Source: Octopus vulgaris (lineage: Eukaryota). Taken from it: a stretch of 64,000 bases of DNA. A model generated the notes under the pieces. The model ran no database searches and was not told the origin of the DNA. It worked only from the letters and a program-made list of their open reading frames with translations. This document shows, piece after piece, positions 11,615 to 24,480 of this stretch (positions are counted from its first letter, which is position 1; every line of letters starts with the position of its first letter). The translations under genes were made by a program, and so were the position numbers. The DNA is taken from the NCBI GenBank assembly GCA_951406725.2, contig OX597815.1:208816001-208880000 (forward strand), written 5' to 3'.

Positions 11615-12124
11615 TTCTTTCGTCCTATCTTCCCCCACCGACTCAACCATCCACTCTCTCTCTCTCTCCCCACATTCCTTTTCATTTTCCTCACATCTTT
11701 ACTTATTCACACTCCCATCATTTTTTCTTTTTCTTTCTTTACTTCTTAGAAAACGAATTTTCTTTTCTATTAAAAAAAAAAAAAAAAAGAGAGAGAAACA
11801 AAGTTTGTATCAGTATTTCTCACCAATTATCACTTTTCATCATGATGCTATTATAAAACTGTGTTATGGTTATTCTATTTGATACCTCTCTCAGACTCCC
11901 TTCCCACTGTTTCAAACAAGGAATGTATATTCTTTCCCAATGTGTGGCATTCTAATAAAACACAGGAGGAAATATAGCTTTCAGAAACGAAGGACAGAAA
12001 CAAAAAAAAATCTCTGTAAACACATAAATAAAACATCTCATTCAATGTAGATAATTTCATTATGAAATTGTATCAATGAGTAACCAGTTCCTCTCTAAAT
12101 TGTACTTTATTGTATGTATGACTA

Positions 12125-12801
12125 TCATCATCATCATCATCATCATCGTTTAACGTCCGCTTTCCATGCTAGCATGGGTTGGACGGTTCAACTGGGGTCT
12201 GGGAAGCCCGAAGGCTGCACCAGACCCAGTCTGATCTGGCAGAGTTTCTACAGCTGGATGCCCTTCCTAACGCCAACCACTCTATGAGTGTAGTGGGTGC
12301 TTTTTACGTGCCACAGACACAGGTGCCAGACGAGGCTGGCGAACGGCCACGCTCGGATGGTGTTTTTTATGTGCCACCGACACAGGTGGCAGAAGAGGCT
12401 GGCGAACAGCCACGCTCGGATGGTGTTTTTTATGTGCCACCGACACAGGTGGCAGACGAGGCTGGCGAACAGCCACGCTCGGATGGTGTTTTTTATGTGC
12501 CACCGACACAGGTGGTAGACGAGGCTGGCGAACGGCCACGCTCGGATGGTGTTTTTTATGTGCCACCGACACAGGTGGCAGAAGAGGCTGGTGAACAGCC
12601 ACGCTCGGATGGTGTTTTTTATGTGCCACCGACACAGGTGGCAGAAGAGGCTGGCGAACAGCCACGCTCGGATGGTGTTTTTTATGTGCCACCGACACAG
12701 GTGGCAGAAGAGGCTGGCGAACAGCCACGCTCGGATGGTGTTTTTTATGTGCCACCGACACAGGTGGCAGAAGAGGCTGGCGAACAGCCACGCTCGGATG
12801 G
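12125..12801 (-). mobile_element. Family B retroposon with internal 63-bp tandem array (about 8 units, 12297-12801)
   Basis: (GAT)n tail and TGGCGTTAGGAAGGGCATCCAGC motif. Unit GGTGTTTTTTATGTGCCACCGACACAGGTGGCAGAAGAGGCTGGCGAACAGCCACGCTCGGAT. Confidence 0.9.
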
Positions 12802-14118
12802 TACGTGTGTATGTGCATGCAGCATGCGTCATGTGTTGTGTGTGCATGTAGCATGCATATAAACATTCATATACTGGTATGTGCACTCACAGATGCACTT
12901 ATGCACACACATACATATTTGCTTAATTTTGATCATGGAATTTGATGATGACACTGGTCTCCTTCATCTGTGGTTCCATGGATAATCATACTTCCTTATC
13001 TGTATAACTAGATTTGTAAAAGGGAACCATGTAAATTGTTGTTTGGGTAATCCAGGTGCAAACACTCTACACTGATACCATTTACCTTGTTGTTCATCCA
13101 CTTTGTAGAGTTCAGTATGTTTTTCCTTTGTATTTTCAATTCCTCTTCAACAGTGAGACCATTTCATTGAAAAGCTGAGTTTGATGTCTTCCATTCTTAA
13201 ATGATCAATAATGTTCCTTTTCAACTAGTCTTTGAGCTACATATTTGTTTAGCTAATCATTGACCATGCTGTAGCTAGCCGAAGAGAGGGTGTGGCAGAA
13301 AGCCAAGTCAGACACGTGCACAATGTATCCAAGCTATCTAAGTTAATGCCTGTTTAGTGTCGGTTCAGTGTTGCTCTGTTGGTTTGATCAAATGTTTCTA
13401 TGTGTGTAGTCTTATCTCAGGAGATGAATAAAAGATACTTCCAGAGACGATAGATATGGAAAACCTTGAAGGTTTTAACCCTTTAGCTTTTAAACCAGCC
13501 ACATCTGGCCTCTCACACCAATTCTGCAATGCCTTTCTAAAAATAAACAGTTACATCATTAAACTCTCAAAGCTACAAGATAAATGCATGAGTAATTTAA
13601 ATAATGTCAATAAATAAACTTTATATTTGATAGAGTAATCTGAAAAGTAAGAGGCTAATGTGCTTCATGGCCTGTCCTTATACACTGTACTTATACAAGG
13701 TCATATAAATGCAGAATGCCCTACAGATGAGGACTTTGTATGGAAGTTGAGAGGCCTATTTGGAACAAGTCTCTGTGTGTCTTCAAAAGAATACCAGGAC
13801 ATGTCTGAGGTGATAAGGTCTGTTCTTGTCACGTGTTGTCATGGCAATAAATGCTGCTAGGAACCTGCAGGAGGCAACTATAACTATTTGTTGCTGTTGC
13901 AATAACAGGAAAGGGTGGAGAGAAAGCAATGTGGTTAGCCATTGTGAGATGGAATTAGTTTTCTGGACATTAATCTTACACAGTCTTTCATGACTTTCGT
14001 TGGAGTCCAAGATGGTGCAAATTACTGGAGCAGTCTTCATGATACTGTAAGCACAGGGATCTGTTCAGATCTAGCAGGAATCTAATGATCACAAGTTTAC
14101 CATTGTGCGAGAAGTTAA

Positions 14119-14340
14119 CCCTTTCGTTACCGTATTTATTTTGAGATGCTCTGTGTTTCATTCAATTAATTTTAAATATAACAAAGAGTTTAATAAACGA
14201 ACTTAGTTTTCATTAAGCTAGTGTTGGGAACATTCATTGTGACTAAGGTTTGGTGGAAGATTTTAATTCAACACTTATGAAAAGAAGACGTTTATACTAC
14301 AGAGCCAAGGCCGGTTTTGGCCAGGTTGGTATCAAAAGGG
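14119..14340. mobile_element. piggyBac-type MITE, family 2
   Basis: TTAA-CCCTTTCGTTACC...GGTATCAAAAGGG-TTAA. Other copies at 40492-40719 and 44125-44345. Confidence 0.8.
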
Positions 14341-14464
14341 TTAATAGTGATTGATATCTCGCTTTCCTCTTAGTTTATACTGTAATACCTCAGTTTGTTC
14401 TGGGATCTAATCTAACCAGTTCAACTATTACAGTTTAATGAGATTTGAAGTGACGTTTTATATG

Positions 14465-14794
14465 CATCACATAAGCGGAAAGTGTAACCTCTCGAAAGAG
14501 CTGTTCTTCACTCCTGCTCCAGAGCGTCGGCTGCGGGGTCACTCTGAAAAGCTCTATCTACGACGATTTCATCTCAATCGAAGGAGAGGGGCTTTCTCCG
14601 TCTGGGTTGCGGATCTGTGGAATAAGCTGCCGGACAAGATGGTGTAGATGCTGACGACCGCTCGGTTCAAAGTCTCCCTTGACCACAAGTAGCCTGAACT
14701 CCTTACCTGAACACCACCCTGTACATAACTCCATGTCCCCCTACATGGCCTTGCCTTTTTGCTTTTTGAGCCAAAGAATTAACTAACTAACTAA
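14465..14794 (+). mobile_element. CR1-clade LINE 3' end
   Basis: FFTPAPERRLRGHSEKLYLRRFHLNRRRGAFSVWVADLWNKLP matches the CR1 C-terminal RGH..KL..R..FS.RV...WN.LP motif; (CTAA)n tail. Confidence 0.85.
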
Positions 14795-15286
14795 CCATTA
14801 CAGAACTGCTTGCGCAGTACTTCTGGACACACCATCCAATGCTATTAATGACAGTTCCTCTCTCAAAGCACAGATAATCCATCATTCATGATCAAGATTA
14901 AAGGTCATTGGTCATAATTATGGATTAAGTTTTGCTTAATATGTTGGCCTGTTCTCTCTTCTGTTCAGTTAATAAACCAAAACAATCTCTGGTTGCAGAT
15001 GCACCTTGGATAGTGTGCTAACTACATTGATAAACAGGACATGATGAAAAGCCTGTTTTAATGCCGGGCAAAGCATGCCTAATGTTCCTTATTAACAACA
15101 GTACTGATTGGTACTAATTGGTACTAAAGTAGAGAGTGAAAATGCTTTCAGAAAATGACAGTTCTGAAGTGACCGTGACTTTGTGGTATGCTCCATGCTT
15201 TTGCTAATCATTTTTGTGCTTATGTAGTTGTGGGAAGATATAGACACTCTTTCAATCTCTCTATCCACAAACCCGCAGAACATTGA

Positions 15287-15507
15287 CCCTTTAGTGTTCG
15301 CATTATTCTGCCACAATTAATGCTTCTTCATCCACATTGTTTTGAACTAATCATGCATTATCTTGTAGCTATGAGATTTTGATGAAGAAGCTGTTAATTT
15401 TTAAAACGATATTGTAGGGTTGGTGTGAGAGACCAGATCTGGCCAGTTTGAACATAAAACAGGCTGAATACTTTTGGCTGGATATGGCCAGTTTAAATGC
15501 TAAAGGG
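15287..15507. mobile_element. piggyBac-type MITE, family 1
   Basis: CCCTTTAGTGTT...AATGCTAAAGGG-TTAA. Relatives at about 13479-13657, 39090-39531, 40193-40415, 43107-43700 and 56515-56685. Confidence 0.78.
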
Positions 15508-17053
15508 TTAAGGATGTTAGAGCTGGAGGGAGAGAGAGAGAGAGAGAGGGAGAGCAGGGAGCATGAACACTTGGCTGTCATCTATTTTTAGCTGTGTAGA
15601 TTGGAACAGTGTGAAATAAGGTGCTTTACTCAAGAATCCAACTCACCACGTAGGACAGGAATTGAACCCTTAGCCTTGCCAGCTTGAGTCCAACACTGTA
15701 ACCATTAAACCATTAAACCATGTGCCTTTACTTAATAATTATTTAATTGGGACACGATGAACCATAATAACTATTTATACACTGTCCCCTTAAATTCTCT
15801 GATTCAAAGAAACAAACTCCTTCAATTGTGAGGTATTTTCATTTTAACATTTTTTTTACTTTTTGATTTTTTTACTGAAAGGACTCTTTGCCAACAGATA
15901 TCACCATTAATCTCCCTAAATTCCTGTGATTATATACACTTCGTTATGCTCACTGTTTAGAGTAACCTTTCATTAAGTCCGAGTGTGTGTTGCACTCATT
16001 TAACTCAATCTCATTTTTGTTCATTTTGTAATTTTCTTTTTCTCAGATCAAACATTACCTTTCAACATTAACATTAGCATATCACAAAATATCAGTTTTT
16101 GATGTAGGACTGGTAAATAAAATTTATTGCATCATACATGTTTTTTTTTATTTATTTATATTATCAGTGCATGGTGAAGTACCCATTAATGTGTAAACTG
16201 GCTCAACTCCTATAAAAACAAGTCCTCTTTTTACTGGTTTCAACCATTTGATTTGTCATGCAGGAACGCCACCATCAAAGGAATATTACTGCCTTGTAGA
16301 ATATTTTACTGACAAAACTTATGTTCTAAGCTTATTTATTATGATACTTTATTATTTAGTGGATCTATAGTCGATCATGAATTGATGTAGAATTCATGAT
16401 GGAAAATCTTAACATAAAATCTTGAATGAATGATATTTTATTCTAGTTTTATTTTAAGAACTTTTGTTACACTGGTACAGTTTCTTATCACTAGCAATTT
16501 TTTTTTTTTTTGTTTCTCTTAGTGGAAACAAAAATAATAATTTGTTTATTTCTTACCTTCTTTGACAAGTATGAATACATATGAATAATGCCAGGCTAAC
16601 TTTGCTTTTTCATCTGTCCAAGATCAATAAAATAAGCACTCATGTCAATGTAATTGGCTCTACCAGCAATATAACCCCAACATAGCCGCAATCTGGTTAC
16701 TCAAACCTGTAAAATAAATAAAACAGAGAATTATAAGAAGACTTAAACAATATTTTATGCCTCAGGGGTGAGATTTGAGAGAGAGATACAGCTGCAGGTT
16801 GAGTGATTGTGTAGAGGCCGTCTAATTGGTGAGCTGCGATTGGGGAAAGATGATATTACATAACTTTGTGATTACAAGCATATTTTTTCTTTCCTTCTTC
16901 ATTGTCAATTATTACCGTTAACAACATTTATTTTCTCCATACATGCTATTTCACATCAACTGAGTTACAATTCTACACGTTACACCTGAAACTTGGCAAA
17001 AGAAACTTCCAAAAATGATTTAAATTTATATACCTGAGCCAGCTATAAATTTG

Positions 17054-17299
17054 TGCCGGTGGCACGTAAAAAGCCCCAGCTGATCATGGCCGCTGCCAGC
17101 CTCCCCTGGTACCTGTGCCTATGACACGTAAAAGCACCCACTACAGTCATGGAGTGGTTGGTGTTAGGAAGGGCATCCAGCTGTAGAAACACTGCCAGAT
17201 CAGATTGGAGCCTGGTGCAGCCCCTTGGCTTCCCAGACCCCAGTCGAACCGTCCAACCCGTGCTAGCATGGAAAACAGACGTTAAACGATGATGATGAT
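17054..17299 (+). mobile_element. Family B retroposon (5'-truncated)
   Basis: GGCACGTAAAA units, AGGAAGGGCATCCAGC motif, (GAT)n tail. Confidence 0.85.
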
Positions 17300-18118
17300 C
17301 TCTTTTAAACCAGTGTAAGATCCATTATAAGCGAGGGACATATTCCTGTTTTAATCTTCGGAGTTACTCCTCTTCATGACCTTACTCTTGTTTACTTCCT
17401 TCCATCTAAGAATAACTTAACTAACTTCAGTGAATATTTTCCAGCAAGTTTAATATTTGAATAGTGTTCATTAGTCTTGTAAGACTGCACCTGTTTATAT
17501 CTATTATTTGCATTTCTTTGTTCTCCTTTCATTACCGTCTCTATCTCTCTCTCTTTACCACCTTCCCTCTTTCTATCTCCTCTTTCATTCTATATTTCGA
17601 CTTTGATATTCATTTTCCTTGTAATGGAACACCATAACAGAGTAATTTTTCTTGGAGGCATTTTAACTGTGTGAGCATTCAAAGAGAAGCATGCATATGC
17701 ATATTTGTTGCCTTGTCTGGATTGGCATGCTGTATTCATTAGTTATGGGATGATATCACTTAAGTAAATGTATGCTGATATACATACATACATACATTTT
17801 ATATATATATACATACATACATATATATATGTATATATGGATGTCTTAAAGGTACTCACTAAAATACACATGGTGTGAACTGTTGATGGGAAATTGAATA
17901 TTGATGCTATATTTTACATGTATATATATATATGTATGATGACTTTATAAAGCATTAGTCAATTTATGAAGTTAAAGCATTCCATTCCATTCCATTCTGT
18001 TATATTATGGTAGTGATGTTTTCATGACAAAATTATATTGGGAGCCAAAATTCATTACGCCTATTTTGGCAATGAATCTGAAGAACTGTTGAAAATGAAA
18101 CCATTATAACTTCACTGC

Positions 18119-18150
<32 letters not shown>

Positions 18151-18620
18151 TTATGGAGTGTACATATAATTGTGCAAATGTGCATATAAATACAATACAT
18201 GTAATTAAGTGTAGATAAATGGATGTCTATTTATAGAAATGTAACGAGACTATACTTAATAAGGTTAATGATCCTATAAGGTTGTTATTTTAGGCTCCAA
18301 GACATTTTGAAATTCCTTATTTGATCCAAACTTTCGGTATCATAGTCAATTATAATGTATTGCAGTAGAAGTCTAAATTCAGTATTCGTGTAGTAATTAG
18401 TGCTTTTTTAATGGAACCAGGTTTGTTACTGTATAAGAGAGAAAGAACAGCCAAAGTAGTCGTTAACTTTAGTGTACTTAATTGAGTAGCAGCAAAAGTA
18501 ATAAAATGATTAAATAGAATTTAAAAAAAACAAAAAAAAAACAAGTCATTTAATGATCATGTATGCTTTCTTATGAAAATACTCCTTTGTTTTTCTGTTG
18601 TTTTAAATTTTTCCCACCAG

Positions 18621-18682
18621 GTCAATAAACTTGTTTGCATGTTCCTATTTCTACGAGGCTTTGAAACTAAACACATACATTT
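18621..18682 (+). other. Candidate 62-nt exon of an unidentified gene
   Basis: Long pyrimidine tract ending CCACCAG, donor TT|GTAAGT, in a TE-poor island; two open frames. Confidence 0.3.
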
Positions 18683-19744
18683 GTAAGTTGTAATTAAAAT
18701 AATGTTATCTGTCACCGATTTTATCCGATCGCTTTTGTTGTTTCGTGAAACCAATTATTCATGGAGCCCTGAACATTTTGATAATTCGTGTCAATTTTCC
18801 GGATTGTTCTCCAATGGAAAGTTCAATGGAAAAATATTCCAAATATATTTGCAAAATATAAAAAAAAAAAACAAAACAAAAAAGAAGAAACTGTTTTCAT
18901 ATTCAACGTTGCTTTTCTTTTCTTTTTTTTTTTGTGTTTCTACATTTTACATGCTATTATAAAGTTAATTGCCCATAGAGCAGTGACCTTTATTCTGCAT
19001 TATCTAACTATTTTGCATTGTATGAGCACTTTGAAAGCTTTGAAAGTGAAAGCCATTCATTCACAATCACAAACACTCATACAAAAAAACCCAAAAAAAC
19101 AAAAGAATGAAAATCTCCCCCCCCCCCAAAAAAAAAGCAAAAAAAAACAACAAACCATATTTGAACTCTGTATGATGAAATGTTTGGCATGTCATGAAGT
19201 TAAAAGGATTCATAAGAACTAACAAAAATTAACATAAGAAGTGAGTGCGGAGAACAAATGCCAGAGAATTGTTACCAAAAGACCCTTGCTTTTTTAGATT
19301 GGGCTGTGTAAAACCCACATGTAGACCTCTGTACTGTGAATGAGGTGTTGATTTAACTGCCAAGAAGAATTAGCAACCAAATCTCGAATTTTATGGAAAA
19401 GAAGAGACTTCAGAAAATAAAATTATAGGTATATACTGTATTGGAGTAGAAGTTGATTGAGGATGGTCAGGGCTGGAATGCTTTTGATCATAATTTGATC
19501 TGAGGTTAAACAGACATTGTGTTTGTGTGTGTGTATATATCATCATCATCATCATCATCGTTTAACGTCCGTTCTCCATGCTAGCATGGGTTGGACGGTT
19601 CGACCGGGGATCTGGGAAGCCAGATATATGTGTATGTGTATATATATGTATATATATGTGTATGTGTATATATATGTATATATATATGTATATATATATA
19701 TATGTATATATATATACGTGTGTATGTCTATACATATATATACA

Positions 19745-19948
19745 TTCAAAATGTGACCGCTTGTGTACCGTTGGCGATTTTTTTTCCTCTGTCTTCCCTT
19801 CTCTGGATCTTTCCTTCTCCTATGTTTCCGACGAAGAGCTCCACTCGAAACGTTAAACCCTCCTTCTTTCCTGAGTGTCCAATAATACTATATTTGTTCC
19901 ACGTCCTCATGTTGTTGTGTTTTTTTGTGCTTTCTTGTTTGGATTAAC
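19745..19948 (+). mobile_element. PLE-type terminal repeat in (TA)n with hammerhead motif
   Basis: GTTT-CCGACGA-A-GAG(ctcca)CTC-GAAACGTT-AAAC at 19824-19858; (TA)n on both sides. Confidence 0.65.
19824..19858 (+). ncRNA. Minimal type I hammerhead motif (U4C variant)
   Basis: Stem I GTTT/AAAC, stem II GAG/CTC, palindromic GAAACGTT. Confidence 0.6.
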
Positions 19949-20213
19949 TATATATATATATATATATATAATACAAAATGGGACAAGAACGCAAAACATC
20001 CGGACAACTAGGTGATACAAAGAGGGACAACAAAACATCCAGATAGGCGATACAAAAAAAGAAGGAAAGGTCATTCGAAGCTTTTTATCCTCAGTCAAGA
20101 ACCGGATCATCCTCGCAATTTCGGCTGATTAATCTTGAGATTGCTCCAATCTGGCCAGCCCCATGGAAAAACTAAGCTAAGAGCATTAGATTCCTTTGAA
20201 AAAAAGCATTGAT

Positions 20214-20260
<47 letters not shown>

Positions 20261-20264
<4 letters not shown>

Positions 20265-20400
20265 TGAACAAATGACAAAGACAAGTGAAGGAACGACAAG
20301 CAGGTGTATTAGTTTAATGCTTAGGAAAAAATGGAATAGTCTTTGACAGTTTGAGCCTACTCTGTCCATCAGAAAGGGTAAAAATGGAGAGAGAACGCAA
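20261..20400 (-). mobile_element. PLE-type terminal repeat with decayed hammerhead (20341-20376)
   Basis: Minus strand CTTT-CTGATGGA-CAGAGTAGGCTC-AAACTGTC-AAAG; related to 19745-19948 and about 60925-61030. Confidence 0.45.
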
Positions 20401-20931
20401 AAAAAAATATTTAAAAAGAGAGAAGAAATGTGCAGGGGTTGAATGTTTGTGTGTGCATGTGTATAGACTCAAAAGAGGGCGTTGTTTGTCTCTGTTGACG
20501 AGGCTTATATTACGTTGTAAAATTGATAAAAAGAGTACAGCGAATTTGCTGTGAGGGATGGAAAGCCAAATGTTTTGGACATTTTCTTCTTCCTTGGGGA
20601 AAATTTTTTTATCAGTTATATTATACAACACACGCCACCAACTACTACTACTTCTACTAAGCTAAAACAGTTTAGATTAATTGATAAAAGATATTAATCA
20701 TTTAGTCACTGCCACCTCACCCTGCTGCTTCCATTGCCCCCCCCCCCATCATCTTCATCATTATCATTTTAATGGTTGCCTTTTCCCATGATTCTGGTAT
20801 GTGTTGGACAACCCTTATCAACCGCAGTATCTTAATACATGATGCCCTTCCTATTGCCTTAGTCTCTTTCACAGGTAAAATCATTTCTTATTTCTCTGGT
20901 TTGAAGCCACTGTATTACTGGATGTATTACG

Positions 20932-21317
20932 CTTTTACTTGTTTCAGTCATTTGACTGCGGCCATGCTGGAGCACCGCCTTTAGTCGAGCAAATCGACCC
21001 CGGAACTTATTCATTGTAAGCCTAGTACTTATTTTATCGGTCTCTTTTGCCGAACCGCTAAGTGATGGGGACGTAAACACACGAGCATCAGTTGTCAGAC
21101 AATACTAGGGGGACAAACACAGACACACAGACACACACATATATATATATATACGACGGGCTTCTTTCAGTTTCCGTCTACCAAATCCACTCACAAGGCA
21201 TTGGTCGGCCCGGGGCTATAGCAGAAGACCCTTGCCCAAGATGCCACGCAGTGGGACTGAACCCGGAACCATGTGGTTGGTTAGCAAGCTACTTACCACA
21301 CAGCCACTCCTGCGCCT
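20932..21317 (-). mobile_element. SINE family A
   Basis: Full head-to-tail match to 10779-11170. Confidence 0.9.
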
Positions 21318-21602
21318 ATTGTGTACAGGGTACATAAACTTAACATAGCCGTCACTTCAATCAAGACATACAAAAATACATAGAAAGTAAATGTTTACAC
21401 TCATCTGTGTGTATGGGTGCAGATTTGACTGTACAGTTAACAAAGCTTGCTTGCCAATCATGTGATCATGGTTTCAGTCCCACTCCATGGCACCTTGAAC
21501 AAATGTCTTCTGCCATAGTCCCAGGTCCTCTGCTGTAGCCAAAGCTTTGTAATTGCATGTGGTAGAGTGAATATTTGTGTATATGTGTGTGTGTTTCTAT
21601 AT

Positions 21603-21821
21603 GAGAGGGTGATGAGAAATCCCTAGCTTTGGGTAAAAGAAAATACAGGAAGATCAGTTAATTATGATTTCATTCAACATATTCCCCTCTCAGGGTCACA
21701 CACTTATTGCAACAGTCCTTCAGTTTATTAAGCCCTGTAAAAGAGCTCAGAAGGTCTGGGCTTCTAATCAGGCCTTCTTTTGCAATACCCTTACTATCAG
21801 GTACTTTTCAGCACTCCCTCA
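21603..21821. mobile_element. Mariner-derived MITE
   Basis: TA-flanked imperfect TIRs TGAGAGGGTGATGAGAAAT / ACTTTTCAGCACTCCCTCA. Confidence 0.55.
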
Positions 21822-21838
21822 TATATGCATATATAACA

Positions 21839-21879
<41 letters not shown>

Positions 21880-21882
21880 CAT

Positions 21883-21913
<31 letters not shown>

Positions 21914-22276
21914 TAAATATATGTTATATAAAGTCCCTTTATTTACAAATTGGAATATAAAAGTATGGAAGTTGTAAAGATTATTTATAGACAACCTGTA
22001 CCAAATCCACTCACAAGGTTTTGATCGGCCCGAGGCTATAGTAGAAGACACTTGCCCAAGGTGCCATGCAGTGGAACCGAACCCAGAACCCTGTGAGTGG
22101 TAAGCAAGCTACTTACCACACAGCCACTCCTGCATTTCTACAAATCCACCTGTCTTTCCAGTTAAGTAAGAACTAAAATTAGTTGGTAATGTTTATTAAG
22201 TTTACATGTGAAAATTTCCACTCTTTGAAATGTTTGTTGACAGAGTTAATTAATTTGTGAACAGTGTTGAGAGCAG

Positions 22277-22770
22277 ACAGCAGTGTATAATTTGTGAATT
22301 GTGTCCATGACAGCTAAGATCTGTGAAATGTATTGATGGTAACAGTATGTAATTTATGAATTGTCTTTATAACAGCAGTCAATAGATTGTGAATTGTGTT
22401 TACGATAGCAGTCTATTATCTGTGAACTGTTTAGACAGTTGTCTATAATTTGTGATGTGTATTTATGATAGTCTATATTTTGTGAATTTTGATCATGACA
22501 GCTGTCTATAATTTGTGAATTGTGTTGATGACAGCAATCTATAAATCATGAAGTGCGTTAATGATGGCAGCCTATAATTTGTCAATCGTGTTGATAACAG
22601 TAGTCTATGATTTGTGACTTCTGTTTATGACAACTCTATAATTTGTCAATTGTGAGCCTGACTACAGCGTATCAATTGTGAATTTTGTTTTAGACTCTGG
22701 TCTATAATTTGTGAATTGTGTTGTTGTCAGCAGTATACAATTTGGGAAGTGAGTATTTGAGAGCAGCATG
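22277..22770. repeat. Degenerate ~33-bp minisatellite (about 15 units)
   Basis: Consensus ACAGCAGTCTATAATTTGTGAATTGTGTTGATG; more units at about 23545-23615. Confidence 0.8.
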
Positions 22771-22884
22771 TAAGTTAAGTGTAATACAGACTACAGTTAA
22801 CTTGTGATTGGGGTTTACAACACTGCCAATAAATTAATATCAACTGATTACTGACACAACTGACTCCGTTTATATACTCTCTAA

Positions 22885-23390
22885 CTCCCTTACTCATTTC
22901 AGTCTTTTGACTGTGGCCATGCTGGAGCACCGCCTTTAGTCGAGCAAATTGACCCCAGGACTTATTCTTTTGTAAACCTAGTAGTTATTCTATCGGTCTC
23001 TTTTGCTGAACCACTTAGTTACAGGGACGTAAACACACCAGCAATCGACCCCAAGACTTATTCTTTGTAAGCCTAGTACTTATTCTATTGGTCTCTTTTG
23101 CCGAACCTCTAAGTTACAGGGATGTAAACACACCAGCATCGGTTGTCAAGCGATGTTGGGAGGACAAACACAGACACACAAACATATATAAACACACACA
23201 CACACACACATATACACATATACACGAAAGGGCTTCTTTCAATTTCTGTCTTCCGAATCCATTCACAAGGTCTTGGTTGGCCCGAGGCTATGGTAGAAGA
23301 CACTTGCCCAAGGTGCCACGCAGTGGGACTGAACCTGGAACCATGTGGTTGGTAAGCAAGCTGCTTACCATACAGCCACTCCTATGCCTA
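22885..23390 (-). mobile_element. SINE family A with internal ~100-bp duplication
   Basis: The segment GACCCCAGGACTTATTC...ACACACCAGCA occurs twice in tandem. Confidence 0.85.
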
Positions 23391-23429
23391 TACAATTATC
23401 ATAAGTACAGGAACGTATATGTTGACATG

Positions 23430-23464
<35 letters not shown>

Positions 23465-23891
23465 TTGTGCATGTGTCTGTCTGTGCAAGAGCATTTGTTT
23501 AGCAGTTTTCAAGTCCTTGCCAATCTGAAACCTCGGAGGGATTTTCAATTGTAAATTGCATTGATGACAGCAGTATATAACTTATATGCTGTATGGACAG
23601 CAGTACATAATTAGGTGCAGTAATACTGATAGTATATACTTCTAATTACTGTTAACTGAGCCGACACAGTTCCACATCTGACAAACCTATTTGAAACTTT
23701 GAAAGTCCTTCATTTCACTTCTCCTCTGAAACATGTTTCTAATATTAAATTCAGTAACATCATTATTTCTGATTATTTAATTTATTATACAAAGTAACCA
23801 CTATCAATATTCAAAGATAAAGAATTATTTAAAAGAAAAAAAAGGGTGGGGGGGCAAGTCCACATCTTTTAAAGATATTTATTGTGCTGAT

Positions 23892-24480
23892 CAATGGTTC
23901 TCGACCAAAATCCATATGGCACTTGGTGGTCCATATAAGATTTATCTACAGTAAATTGGCTATGCTTACCAACCATATGGTTCCAGGTTCAGTCCCATGG
24001 TGTGGCACCTTGGGCAAGTGTTGCCTTGTGAGTGGATTTGGTAGACAGAAATTGAAAGAAGCCCCTTCGTATATATGTGTGTGTGTAAAGATTTGTGTGT
24101 TTGTGTTTGTCCCCCCAATATCGCTTGACAACCAAAGCTGGTGTGTTACGTCCCCGTAACTTAGCGGTCCAGCAAAAGAGACCGATAGAATAAATACTAG
24201 GCTTACAAAGAAATAAGTCCTGGGGTCGATTTGTTCAACTAAAGGCGGTGCTCCAGCATGGCCACAGTCAAATGACTGAAACAAGTAAAAGAGTAAGAGA
24301 GTATACTTGTACAGTACACAGAATATTTAAGTAATTTTTAAAAATATAATTCCTAATAATATTTAGCTACAAAAATATAATTAGATTTCTTTAAAATATG
24401 TAATGACTAGAAGTGTCCATTTAAGTAAAATGCATGTCAAAGAGGTCCATAGGTAAAAAAAAAAAAGGTGAGAAACACTG
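23892..24480. mobile_element. hAT-type MITE containing a family A SINE (about 23955-24302)
   Basis: Ends CAATGGTTCTCGACC / GGTGAGAAACACTG. Confidence 0.5.

Noticed and set aside
12179-12886. 227/212/194-aa ORFs with 21-aa repeats
   Set aside because: Product of a 63-bp tandem array inside a retroposon; open on both strands.
12950-14100. Coding-like composition, possible LINE ORF remnant
   Set aside because: No motif I could recognise in any frame.
20860-20882. Second AG|GT recursive-site candidate (TTTCACAG|GTAAAA)
   Set aside because: Weak donor, and it appears to lie in a decayed SINE.
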